This document shows positions 1 through 14,657 of a stretch of DNA of 64,000 nt, in pieces. The translations under genes were made by a program, and so were the position numbers. A model generated the notes under the pieces. The model was not told the origin of the DNA, did not search any database, and worked only from the letters and a program-made list of their open reading frames with translations. Source of the DNA: the human T2T-CHM13v2.0 reference genome, Homo sapiens; assembly GCF_009914755.1 (NCBI RefSeq), contig NC_060936.1. One strand, 5' to 3'. The first letter of the stretch is position 1. Every line of letters starts with the position of its first letter.

Positions 1-1070
<1,070 letters not shown>

Positions 1071-1176
1071 CGTCCCTGTCTTCCTTCCCTTCTTTTGTTA
1101 CCAACCCCTATCAGTTTTCTGTTTCTTCTTGAGCCAGTTTTGGTAAATTTAATTTTTTTTTTTTTTTTTTTAATGA

Positions 1177-1389
<213 letters not shown>

Positions 1390-1894
1390 TGATCCACCTG
1401 CCTCGGCCTCCCAAAGTGCTGGGATTACAGGTGTGAGCCACTGCACCCGGCCAAACTCAATTTTTCTAGGAAATTGTTTTGTTTAGTTTTCAAAGTTATT
1501 TATAATATTCTCTTTGTTTGTAAACCTTCTGCTTTATGTTGCTTGTCTCCCCTTCCCTCTTGTCTTTCTTCTCTTCTCTCTCTCTCTCTGACAGATCTGT
1601 GGATTTGTCAGTTTTCCATGTAATTCTGTCAAGTTTTGCTTTATATGTTTTAAAGCTATGTTATTAGGTACATTCAAATTAAGAATTATAATCTTCCTTG
1701 TAAATTGTTTCTTCTTTCATGAGTAACTGTGTTTGTCCCTATGGTGTTTTTTTATCCTAAGGCTTTAAAAAACAAATCTAAACATAGTTATTAGACATCT
1801 TAATTCTCTTAAAGGACACAAGGACTTTAGAATGCTTTGATGTTGATCACCACGAATTCTTTCTTTTCTTTTTTTTTTTTTTTTTTTTTTTTGA

Positions 1895-2047
<153 letters not shown>

Positions 2048-2263
2048 TAGTTTTAGTAGAGACAGGATTTCTCCATGTTCATCAGGCTGGTCTCGAACTC
2101 CTGACCTCAGGTGATCCACCCACCTCGGCCTCCCAAAGTGCTGGGATTACAGGTGTGAGCCACCGTGCCTGGCCATCCACCACTTCTTATCTTACATTTT
2201 AGTATCACCTTTATTTTAGTACGCCTTCAACTATCAGTTACTGTTTTATGTAGTTAACAATAG

Positions 2264-2665
<402 letters not shown>

Positions 2666-3427
2666 TGATCCACCTGCCTCGGCCTCCCAAAGAGGTGGGA
2701 TTACAGGCATGAGCCACCGTGCCCGGCCCTGATTCAAGCGATTCTTGTGCCTCAGCTTCCCCAGTAGCTGGGATTACAGGTTTGTGCCACCACACCCAGC
2801 TAATTTTCGTATTTTTAGTAGAGACAGAGTTTCACCATATTGCCCAGGTTGGTCTCGAACTCTTGGCCTCAACTGATCTGCCCGCCTCAGCCTCCCAAAG
2901 TCCTTGGATTGCAAACATGAGCCACTATGCCTGGCTAAATTTTCTTCTTCTTAAAGCACATTTTTTAGTAGCCAAATACTTTAGCGAGGGTCTGTCAGTG
3001 GTAAATTCTTTCATTTTGTGTTTTTCACTTTATTTGACCATTTTGTTCATTAACAATGTCCTTCCCAAAAAGGGGTGGGTTGTAGGGTTGGGTAATTTAT
3101 GTTATATACATTCCATGTCAAAAGAAGAGATTACCCTTTGGCATATTTACCCCATATATCTTTGTAAATTTTGAAGGAAGCCATTTAATTTGACTTTTTT
3201 TTTTTTTTTCCTAAATAGAGAGAAGGTCTCACTATGTTGCCCAAGCTGTTCTCAAACTCCTGAGCTCAAGTGATCCTCCCGCCTCCGCCTTCCAAAAGTG
3301 CTAGGATTACAGGTGTGGGCTACCACACCCTGCCTAGTTTGACTTTTTAAATGGCATTGGAATGCAAATTTAAACTTTATTAAACTTTATTAAAGTTTAG
3401 TAGAGTTGGACTGGGTTCAGTGGCTCA

Positions 3428-3864
<437 letters not shown>

Positions 3865-4476
3865 TGAGTAGCCAGGATTACAGGCATGTGCTACCACACC
3901 TGGCTAATTTTTGTATTTTCAGTAGAGACAAGGTTTCACCATGTTGGCCAGGCTGGTCTCAAACTCCTGACCTCAAGTAATCCGCCTCCCTTCTCCTCCC
4001 GAAGTGCTGAGATTACGCGTGAGCCACTGCACCTGGTCTAATCACTGGTATCTTTTTAAATAAAAAGTTAATACTACAACATTTTATTACTGGGATTATT
4101 GTGTGCACATGCTCCTTACCTAAAAATTTAGTGAGTGATTTTTTTTCTTAAAAAAAAAAATAATTAGAGACAGGATCTCGCTATGTTGCTCAGGCTGGTC
4201 TCAAACGCCTGGGCTCAAGCGATCCTTCTGCCTCAGCCTCCTAAAGTTCTGGGATTACAGGTGTGAGCCACCTCTCCCTGCCTTGTGAATGATTTTTTTT
4301 GTGTGTGGAATTGATCTGTAGTTATCTTGGGTTGCATATTTGTGTATATTGTATACTTCTTTTCTCAAATGTTACATAAATCTTTAAAACAGGACTTCAG
4401 AAAAAATTAACAGTGTAACAGGAAATATGGAAGATAATGCAATTTTGAAGAAAATATTTGAATAGTAAGTAATAGG

Positions 4477-4580
4477 GTGCTTGCTTTGGCAGTACATATA
4501 CTAAAACTAGAACAATATAGAGATTAGTATGGCCCCTGTGCAATGATGACATGCAAATTCATGATGCGTTTCATCTTTTT
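4477..4580 (+). pseudogene. U6 snRNA retropseudogene (diverged)
   Basis: GTGCTTGCTTTGGCAGTACATATACTAAAACTAGAACAATATAGAGATTAGTATGGCCCCTG...CAAATTCATGATGCGTTTCATCTTTTT aligns by eye to full-length U6; ACAGAGA box mutated. Confidence 0.92.
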
Positions 4581-4804
4581 AGAACATTAGACCTGAGTAA
4601 CATGTCATTGTGTAAGGAAGAATAACATGCAAAAAATAGACCGAAAAAGGAAGTAGTAGAAATTTAGTATGGACAAGTTTGGTTAATATTAAGCATGGCT
4701 GGCTGGGCTCAGTGGCTCATGCCTGTAATCCCAGCACTTTGGTTGGCTGAGGCAGGATGATCACTTGAGACCAGCCTGGGCAACATAGTGAGACCTCATC
4801 TCTA

Positions 4805-4984
<180 letters not shown>

Positions 4985-7900
4985 CTAACTTAATTCAGTA
5001 GCATCATAGGGATTAGGTTCTAAAGTCACTGTATGGCAAAAATCTGCTTCAAAATTACCCTAAAAAATCACTTAAACCTCCCAGCATTGGAACTGACAGT
5101 TGTTTCTTTAGTTAAACAAGAGCCATACCTTATCTGGTATTTAAGGGCCATGCTGTCTTTTAACAAATTAAAATTTATAAGATTAAAGATGAAAAATTCA
5201 GGTCCTCAAAACGCTCCGACTTTGAGAGGCATGAGAGAAATGAAGATACGGCAGATTCACACCTCCCATCTCTTGCTCATTCTGAGCTGTCTGCTCTTTG
5301 AAAGGAATGGCCCACAGAACATCTTTCAGTAGTTGGAGGCTACTGTGGCCAAGTATAAAGCTTCCCACATGTCTCAATTAGCAGACTTCCAGGGAGAAGT
5401 GGCCAGGAAATTGACTCTTTCTTTTGGCGTGGCCGAAAGAATTGAAGTTTCAGACCACACGCATTCTAACTTCTCTGTAAATTAGTCACTCTTGGCCACT
5501 CTTGTAGTTGCAGGAAAATGGAAGATTTTGTGTAGAAAGGCAATTTCCCTGTGCTGGTCCTGTGGTCTAATCTTTAAGATACTTTGGATACAAGTAACTG
5601 ATAATTCCAGCTAGCTTTAATAGAAAAAGAGTTCATTCTAAACTTACAGGGGTTACTGACAAATCTAAGGACAGTATGTATTTACTGAGTGCCTACTGTG
5701 TTCCAAATACTGTTTCGACACCAAGGAGACAGCATGGGACAAGACACTGCCCAGAACCTACCTGGCTTGCTCCGTCACTCTACTTAGGGGTTTGTTCAAT
5801 TAGGGAAGTCCTGGAGAGGCCCTCCTTGACCAGCCCTATAAATAGTCCCCACTTCCATTATCTGAGTTGCATTTTAAAAGAGCTGTCTTTGGCCATCCCA
5901 TAGATTGTGGCCTGTTTGTGTGTCTTATTCACCTACTGGAGGAACATTATTTTTTATTTTTTTTAATTCTTCATGTCCCCAGTTTCTAGCATTAGTGCCT
6001 GATATATAGTAGATGTTCTATAAATGTTTGCACAACTAAAAAGAAAGAGCATTTAGAATTTCTGGCATTTTCTTGAGTAAACATCTATGAAGATAAAAGT
6101 GTTAGGTAATACAAGAAGCAGGGCACTCTACACATTATAGAGTGGTCTCTTGTAGATTGATCCTGGCAACTTGTTTCCACCCTCAATAGATCTTTTAATA
6201 TAGACCTACTAAAACCTCAAGAGGCTGTGCAGAGTATATCAATTCTCAAATGATATTCTAGCATTTCTTTAATTTTTAAATGAAGTTGGTACATCTATTT
6301 TAAATAGTACTACAAGATTTATAACAACAGAAATGAGCAGAAAGAAAAGGAGAGGCAGGATACTGCTCATTCTGTTTTGTCTTACTGTATTTGAGATTAT
6401 TTGTGACCTTTGTGTGTTTGATTTTCTTCATCCTGTGACTTACTTCGTCTTTCACTTCATTTTTGAAGTGAATTGTGTTTATCTCCTGCTTCAGAATAAG
6501 ATCTTACCTTTCACATTTTCTTTCTTGACCTATATGTTTCTGCATTGTTTTTCCCCCAGATTCCTGCCTACTTATTTTTTAGGGATAAATAATAAGTTTA
6601 TGAAGATAGTTATTAATATTTGTTGATGTTCTTTAGCTTGCCTTGATAAGAAGTTCTGGTCACCCAAAGGTTTTTCCCAAACGTGGCTTCCTTTTGTGAT
6701 TGCTGCTTGCTGTGCTGAGTGGCAGTCCCCGGTGTTCCAGTTCCTATAAGTACACTGCACTTGGCAGCTGCTTCGTGCTCCTTTCATCGCAGTTCTTCTA
6801 GGTTCAGTCCTGCCTTTGAAGTTGTTCAAGGGTGCGAGTGTGACCAAGTTAAAATGAAACAAAGGAAAACCCTTGTGTTTTATTCTCTCTCTCAAGCCTC
6901 TAATAATGCCTCCTGGAGTAGTCTGTAACCCTATTTTCCTTAATGTCCTTGTGTAAGTATATGAAGATAATGAGAGGCACACATTTTTGCATACAACTTA
7001 TATGAATTGGAGATACACAAATAAGCAGGATTTTTAGGTAAACTTTAAATGGCTATCTCAACATTTTTGTGTTTATTTTTTCCGAGCAACTACTATTATT
7101 GGTGGAGGTGAGGAGACAGACAAGATCTTAATTATTTATTTTAATTAAAATACTAAATGCTTGCAATATGAAAGACCAAGGACCAGTTACTATAGGAGAT
7201 ACAAGATGCTTAAGACCAGCCTCTGACCTCAAGTTATTTACACTATAGCAGGAGAGATGACAGTTACACAAATGAGGATCATAAAAGAGAGTAGAATAAG
7301 TACTGTAAGAGAGCTCTAAACAAAGTAGCGTGGAAATTCAAAGGGACGTGAACTTAAAACCAGTTTTTGAAATCAGGAACAGCATTTTGGAATGCCACAG
7401 AACATTTCCAATTGTAAATACTCGGTAGGCAATGTGCCTCTGTGTATGTATGTATGCATAGGGTTTGAGGAGTGGAATCTATTTTGTTTTATGTGTCTCA
7501 TTTTGATTTAAAAGTTCCTTCCCAAATGAGGCTCATAGCATAATGGAAAGAACATAGAATCTTTTTTCCAATCCCCATTCTGCTTTCATTTGTTTGGTTT
7601 GGATGGTATTGGAATCACTATGAATTGGAGCACACATTGCAATTATATCTGCCCCCGTATATCTCATCAGAAGGAAGTCCAGTATTTTCCTCTTGGGGCT
7701 TCTTTTTCCTCCTAAATTGTCTGAGAACCCTCAGGGATTATATAGGCAGTGCAAAAGGAGAGGTAGTAGATCCAGCTTTCACACCCAAAGGGGAAAGATC
7801 CCCACAGTCTGCTGTTTGCTTTCCATCATCTCACAGGGTGCTGCTGAATAACTGGTCCTCACTGTGTGACCAGCCAGTAATGCTGAGCCTGTTCCCTGCA

Positions 7901-10018
7901 TCGGCTACTCTGATGCATCATGGAGGAGGAGCCAGGTACTCTACTTGGACTCCCGGAGCAGAGCTCCTGGTGTTGGCTCTTTTAGCCTCATGCACTGTCA
8001 TTTTCCTGATGTCAAGTGGCCAAGGAAGCTCTGGGTCAGGATCTGTTCAGACACCTACCACTTTACAGACCTGGAGCTCCCAACCCGCTCTCCTTACAGA
8101 GTCTACCCCTGGAAAACAGGCAGGTGGCCCCTTTTCCAGACTCCAGACACTAGCACTCTCGTTCCTCTCTTGCCTTCTCTAGGCAGTGAGGTTAATCACC
8201 GACCCTTCAAAGGAAGACTGTCCTCAATTACTCACAGCTGCTCTAGCCTCTCAATCAAGAGGCTAGATTGATTGAGCCTTCTTGGATGGGGTGGGAGTGA
8301 GGGCCCTATAATGATTCAAGGTGATTATTGGTTCCCTCTCACTGTGGAAAAATCTGTAACGGGCATCCTGCTTCATTAATAGTATCTATCACATGGTGCT
8401 GTTGTGAAGACATAATGAGATGGTAATAGGCAAGAGCCATGGAAATATTATTATCATTGATATTCTGTCATTTCCTGTAAATCCCTTCAAAGGCTGCCCA
8501 CTCGGCTTAGGACAAGTGACCTGATGCCACTTTTCTAGTCCAGTCTCATTTTGTAACACTCTACCCTTTTGCTGTATCTTTAGCCTCACTGGTCTTAGAC
8601 TTGCCAAGGCTTTTCTCCCTCACTGGGCTTCTACAAACACCATGCTTTTGAATAAAGTGGCTTTTCCTTCTCTCTGCCTAGTTAAGTTTTGCATCACTGT
8701 CTCCTTTCAGCAGACATTCATCTTCCCTGAAACTCTAATACAAGTTAAATCCTTATTATGTGGGCTGGGAGACCCTTGTTCTTTTCCTCCTTAGCATGTA
8801 TCACAAGGTCAAAGGTATACATATGGTGACCACTTGTTTAATGTGTTTCTTCTCTGGACACTAGCACCAAGAACAGTAGGCATGTCTGCTCTGTTCACCT
8901 CCCAGAAGTTGAACTATTAGGTTCCTTGGTTCTCAGAGCCCATCCTGTTTCACTCTGTTACTCTTGCAGGTGAGAATATCTGTTAAATCATAAGCAGAAT
9001 TAAAAGATAACATGTGGAGGCTGGTGGCTTCCTTCCATCTTCCTGAGTGGAAATGTGTAGTTTTTTGCTACTAAATACCATTTTTTTCAGATTATCATCC
9101 TTACCATATTCAAACAATAGAAACATATTAGACTCTGATGTATTTTTCTGCCAAGGAACAATAACTTACATACATATTGATCATTGAGAAGGAAGGCTTT
9201 ATGTTTTTGAACCTAAAATGTGTACTTTTTATTGTTAGTAAACCTTTTAACATCATCACTATTTAAACATAATGGTGACCTCTAGTGGATATTCTGCATA
9301 ACAGACTGAAAGATCAGAAACCCCCGAACTGAAGCTCTTGCTTTGTAATAATCAGCAAGTTGTCTTTTTCTTCGGATCTCTGTTTTATTTTGTGCTAGAA
9401 TTTAGAAGTCATAAAGAAGACTTAATTTGTGAGTCTGGCAGCTTCCATTCCAGCACGTATTTGTATTGTCTTTTAGAATTTGGTTTTATGCGTAATTCAT
9501 CCTATAAGCAGAACAATGAAATTGTAAAGAAATAGAGTACCTCAATCCAAATACCTTTGGGATTTTTATGTCCCACCTGACCCTTATAATTGTATATAAA
9601 TAGTTTTTACATACAGTTATAATTATATTGTGTACATAATATTTTGTGTTCTTTTATCACTTGGCATTACTTTATTTGGACTGAAGTATCTGCATAGTCT
9701 ACATATTTTTCATTTGTAATGGCATATAGTATCTCATTATGTTGATACATGTAGTTAAGTTTCATCTTTGCTTTTAGCTTTTCTTTACCATGGCAGTGAA
9801 ACTGTGTATATCTTATTCAAAACACAGGAATCTGTGTTTTAGCACCCCAGGTAATTTCTGAGATCTAGTTGGAGTGTGAAACCATGGTCAGGGAATGATT
9901 CACCTTGAGGCAGCATCTTGCCTGCCCAGCTGACATTACATATGCTGTTAAATAATGTCCTGCTGTCCTCCCATGCCCCCATACTCCTTCCCACCTCTTT
10001 TTGATGAGGCCTGAGGTA

Positions 10019-10219
10019 TGGGTTGAGTAGCCCTTATCTGAAATGCTTGGGACTAGAAGTGTTTCAGATTTTTTTTTTTTTGGAATATTTACATTATATA
10101 CCAGTTGACCATCTGAAATCCGAAAATTGGCAATTAGAAATGTTTCAAGGAACATTCCTGTGAGCATTAGACAGGAGCTCAAAAAGTTTCGGATTTGGGT
10201 ATTTGGGGTGTTCAACCTG
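10019..10219. mobile_element. Tigger4/MER46-like TcMar MITE
   Basis: Ends TA-(TG)GGTTGAGTAGCCCTTATCTGAAATGCTTGGGAC...TCAACCTG-TA; inverted termini with TA target site. Confidence 0.8.
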
Positions 10220-10444
10220 TATGTTGTTTTCTGCCCCCATTCGTGATAAATCACTGCCCTTGCAAGTGAGCCAAGGTGGGAATAAGTCTCCACAATTTTT
10301 TTTTTTTTTTTTTGAGACAGAGTCTTGCTCTGTCACTCAGGCTGGAGTGCAGTGGCACGATCTTGGCTCACTGCAACCTCTGCCTCCAGGTTCAAGTGAT
10401 TCTCCTGCCTCAGCCTCCCCAAGTAGCTGAGACTACAGGCGTGA

Positions 10445-10670
10445 ATTTGGGCAGGGCTAATTTTGGTGATTATTTTGCTCTATATGGTTGCCAACTGAGG
10501 TCATTCAGTGGTTGTCTTCCCCCTCACCTAGTAGATGGGCTGCTCTGGACAGTCCAAGATGGCTCATTCACATGTTTGATGCCTTGACAGGGCAGGTGGA
10601 TGGCTGGGCTCAGCCGGAACTATTGACTAGAGCCTCAACACATGGCCTTTCCAGCATGCTACCTGCTTTT
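10445..10670. mobile_element. MaLR (MLT1-like) LTR fragment following a partial antisense Alu (~10295-10443)
   Basis: gtccaagatggctcattcacatg...ggctgggctcagc...acatggcctttccagcatg resembles old MLT1 LTRs. Confidence 0.55.
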
Positions 10671-10965
10671 TTTTTTCTTTTTAAATGATATAACATTGTC
10701 ATTATGAATCTCAGTTCCTGTAATACTCTGATGCTATCAGTCTTTACTGGGGTGTGTGGCACTGTTGCTTGTACTCCCCAGACCGCTGCTTTGAGTCTTT
10801 TTTTTTTTTCCTTAATTTTTTTGCTTTATAGGCTGATTCTCAGCTGGGATCTGGAGCAGTACATTTGCTGTGTAGGTGACATCTTAATATATTAGGCATT
10901 TAATTTGCTATGTGTAAGCTGCCTTGCTGGGCATAACCGGGTGCTATTTCAGAAACTTAAGCCTT

Positions 10966-11320
10966 AAGGAAATCCTGCAATATGTGACAACATGGATGAA
11001 CCTGGAGGACATTATGCTGAGGAAAATAAAGCAGTCACAGAAGAACAAATACTGCATGATTCCACTTATATGGGACATCTAAGAGAGTCAAGCTCATAAA
11101 AGCAGAGAGTAGAATGGTGGTTGCCAGGGCATATAGGGAGCAGGAAATGAGGCATTGCTGTTCTGCAGGTATAAAGTTTCAGTTATGCAAGATTAGTAAG
11201 TTCTGCTTTATAACATCGTGCCTTATTAATACTAATAAGATATTAATACTACTGTATTTTACACTCAAAATTTTGTTAACGTACATCTCGTTAAGTTTTT
11301 TTATTGTAATTTTTTTTAAG
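10966..11320 (+). mobile_element. L1M (L1MA/MB-like) 3' end
   Basis: gcaatatgtgacaacatggatgaacctggaggacattatgct...aaatactgcatgattccacttatat...gagagtagaatggtggttgccaggg. Confidence 0.88.
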
Positions 11321-11929
11321 AAACAGATTTGGAATTAATCATTTGAGATAAAAAGGCAGGAAAACATCAGAACTTAGTGTTTTTCTGTTTATTTACCCCA
11401 TCCCCATATTCTTGATAAGACAGTACATTTTGGGAGGGGAGAGTATGGGGACAGGGTAGGGTCAGTGATGAGTCCAGTTGGAAGAGGGGCTAATAGACTT
11501 GACTTGAAGCTGTGCTGCATAATCACCCTGTTTTTGCTTGTATTATGTTTATCTGGAGTGACTGACGGTATGGTAGCTAAGGCTCCCCAAGCTATTCGTT
11601 GTCTCACTGTTTAGGATTGGGGATCATATGCAGTCAACTCCCCATCAGTACTGCCTCTCCTTGGAGTCTCTGGAATGGCCTTTTAATTTACATTTGTCTT
11701 CTTGCTATTCCTCTCCTATCAACCTGTTGACATTTAAGGCTCTAAGATGATATTTTTTAGTTTGGATGTCTTTGCATCATATTTATGTATTTATATTGAA
11801 ACTCTAACCCTTTACTGTAGATGGGGTAATAGTACCTAGCTCAGAGTATTGTGAGAATGCTTAAAGTGCTTTAGAAAATGTTAGCTATTACTGTTACTGG
11901 ATAACCATCTTTTAAACTTCCTTTTTTAG

Positions 11930-12058
11930 AAACTGATTCAGCAGTACAGAAAGAACTTAGAAACCAGACACCTGCTCCATCTGCAGCTCAAACTTCTGCT
12001 CCCTCTAAGTACCACCGAACTCGATCTGGGGGAGCCAGGGATGAACGATATCGATCAG
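11930..12058 (+). CDS. DIP2B: DIP2B coding exon (probably exon 3), 129 nt, phase 1-1
   Basis: cttttttag|AAACTGAT...CGATCAG|gtgagg; translates (E)TDSAVQKELRNQTPAPSAAQTSAPSKYHRTRSGGARDERYRS, recognised as DIP2B N-terminal region. Confidence 0.96.
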
Positions 12059-12456
12059 GTGAGGAGAAGCTGCAGAATGGCCAGCTGAATCGTTTTCCTA
12101 ACAGTAGTATGAACTGTGTATCCTGAGAGCTTCTAATACTTGTTTTTTTTTTCCCTATGAGGCACCAACAGTTTTATATTAACTCATTCACCAATCATTT
12201 ATTTTGTACCCTACTATGTATCAGGTATAGTAGGTACTCAATAATTTGCTGGAAATGGAACAGCACATAAGACTGTTTCCGGCTGGGCGATGTGGCTCAC
12301 GCCTGTAACCCCAGCACTTTGGGAGGCTGAGGCGGGCAGATCACTTGAGGTCAGGAGTTTGAGACCAGCCAGGCCAACATGGTGAAACCTCGTCTGTACT
12401 AAAAATACAAAAATTAGCCGGGCATGGTGGTGGGCACCTGTAATCCCAGCTACTCA

Positions 12457-12558
<102 letters not shown>

Positions 12559-12913
12559 TCAAAAAAAATAAAGACTGTTTCTGCCCTTAAGGAATGTAAC
12601 AGTTTAAGAAGAGAACCAGACAAGCATACAAGCACAAAGGCCATGTGAATAAATAAGTAAATAAGAAAGTGAAGGGTTGGGTCTTGTGGGTGGTACTAGG
12701 AGACCTCAGTGGATTCTATTGGAAGAGGCAGGCCCTTCTGTGTTTGCCAGAGTTGTTGCATAACTAGTCTCTCTTAATTGATGGAGCTGAAAGAAAACTC
12801 ACAATGAAATTTCAAATTAGTTATTTCTTCTAACCCAAGAAGTACCCACAGGAAGGGAAGGAGCAAGGTGTGCCTGCATGGCAGCGGGAGCATGCTCCTG
12901 CTTGTACTGTGCT

Positions 12914-12932
12914 TGGGACCACCTGGCGGCCA
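12914..12932 (-). promoter_or_regulatory. Candidate CTCF site in a GC-richer non-repeat patch
   Basis: Minus strand TGGCCGCCAGGTGGTCCCA versus consensus TGGCCACCAGGGGGCGCTA; E-box CACGTG at 12986-12991. Confidence 0.4.
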
Positions 12933-13612
12933 GTACCAGGTGTGTGGCTTTGATAAGCAGAGGAACGACTGGTAGATCCCTAGAGCACGTGTGGTGCAGC
13001 AGGCCCTTCCCATGCCCACTTCCTGTCCGCTGCACCAAGAGTAGTCTCTGCAGCACATTTCTTGTTTTAAGAAGTGGCAGAATTAAGCAAAAAGACTAAT
13101 GGGGATATTATTTATTTTCTTCAGATTTTTGTCTTCTTTGTACTGACCAAGGTTGCCTTAACATTTTCTTGAACTGAAAAACACAGTCTATATCACATCC
13201 TCTCAAAAACTGCTTTAGAGAAAATGAGAAAAGGACACAGTTGAAGAGCTACATCAGCTATTTTGTGAGCTGATTTTACTAGATACATATTTTCACACAC
13301 AGAAGGAGAAAAGGATGAGAAATGTTCAGTCGGGAAAAAAAAAATAGAGGTTGTAATTTTATACCTAAACTGGTCTTGAGTGATAGGAGAGGCTTGCTCA
13401 GAGAACAAAGACATCCAAGCTGAGTCATGGCAGACAAACAAGAGTTAGCCAGGGAAATAGTGTTCAGAACTTAGAATGCAAGGGTCAGAAAGAGGTGGGA
13501 GATGAGGCTAGAAAGATTACCAGAGACCAGATCTTGTGGGATCTTGAATGTCACTGAAGGATTTTCAGCAGAGCAGTAACATCATCAGATTTGTATTTGT
13601 TCCAGTAGCTCA

Positions 13613-14072
<460 letters not shown>

Positions 14073-14232
14073 TCAGGTGCACCCCTTTGTTGCCAATCAC
14101 CTGAGCCTCATTTTCCAGCCACCTAGTGTTGCCTTTTCAGGCTGGAGCCCAGGTTCAGCAGCAGCATGTTCCAACCTGTCCAGAAGGGTTTTTAGCCGTC
14201 ACAGCTTTCATCCCTGGCCTTCTGGGAGTTTC

Positions 14233-14262
14233 TGTGTGTGTGTGTGTGTGAGTGTGTGTGTG
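14233..14262 (+). repeat. Interrupted (TG)n microsatellite
   Basis: tgtgtgtgtgtgtgtgtgagtgtgtgtgtg. Confidence 0.95.
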
Positions 14263-14607
14263 CGTTTTGTTTTTTTAACCTTCCTTTTTCTTTGTTTTTA
14301 TAGCATGTAATAAAGGATTATTAAGGATCCAAAAAGGTGATTTTCAACATTCTATATCCAAGCCAATCAAATGTAAAAAAGTTTTTTGTGAGCTCATTTA
14401 GTACTATAAAATTTTGAGCTTCACCTGTTAAAACCCAGCTGTGATCTGTAGTCCCTGCTGTTTTGCACCATTGCTTTTTGATTATCCCAAGTATTAGAAA
14501 GCGTATGCTGTGGATCAGATACTAGTCAGCTGACTGTGGAGATTGTTGGTTAGGTGCAGGTATACTAGAGAGTTTGTAACAATTGTATGTTAATCTCACT
14601 GGGAGTT

Positions 14608-14611
<4 letters not shown>

Positions 14612-14653
<42 letters not shown>
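14612..14653 (+). repeat. (TG)21 microsatellite
   Basis: Uninterrupted TG run; likely length-polymorphic. Confidence 0.97.

Positions 14654-14657
<4 letters not shown>

Noticed and set aside
7625-8271. Overlapping 185-aa and 108-aa ORFs in non-Alu sequence
   Set aside because: TTG starts, no recognisable homology or exon boundaries
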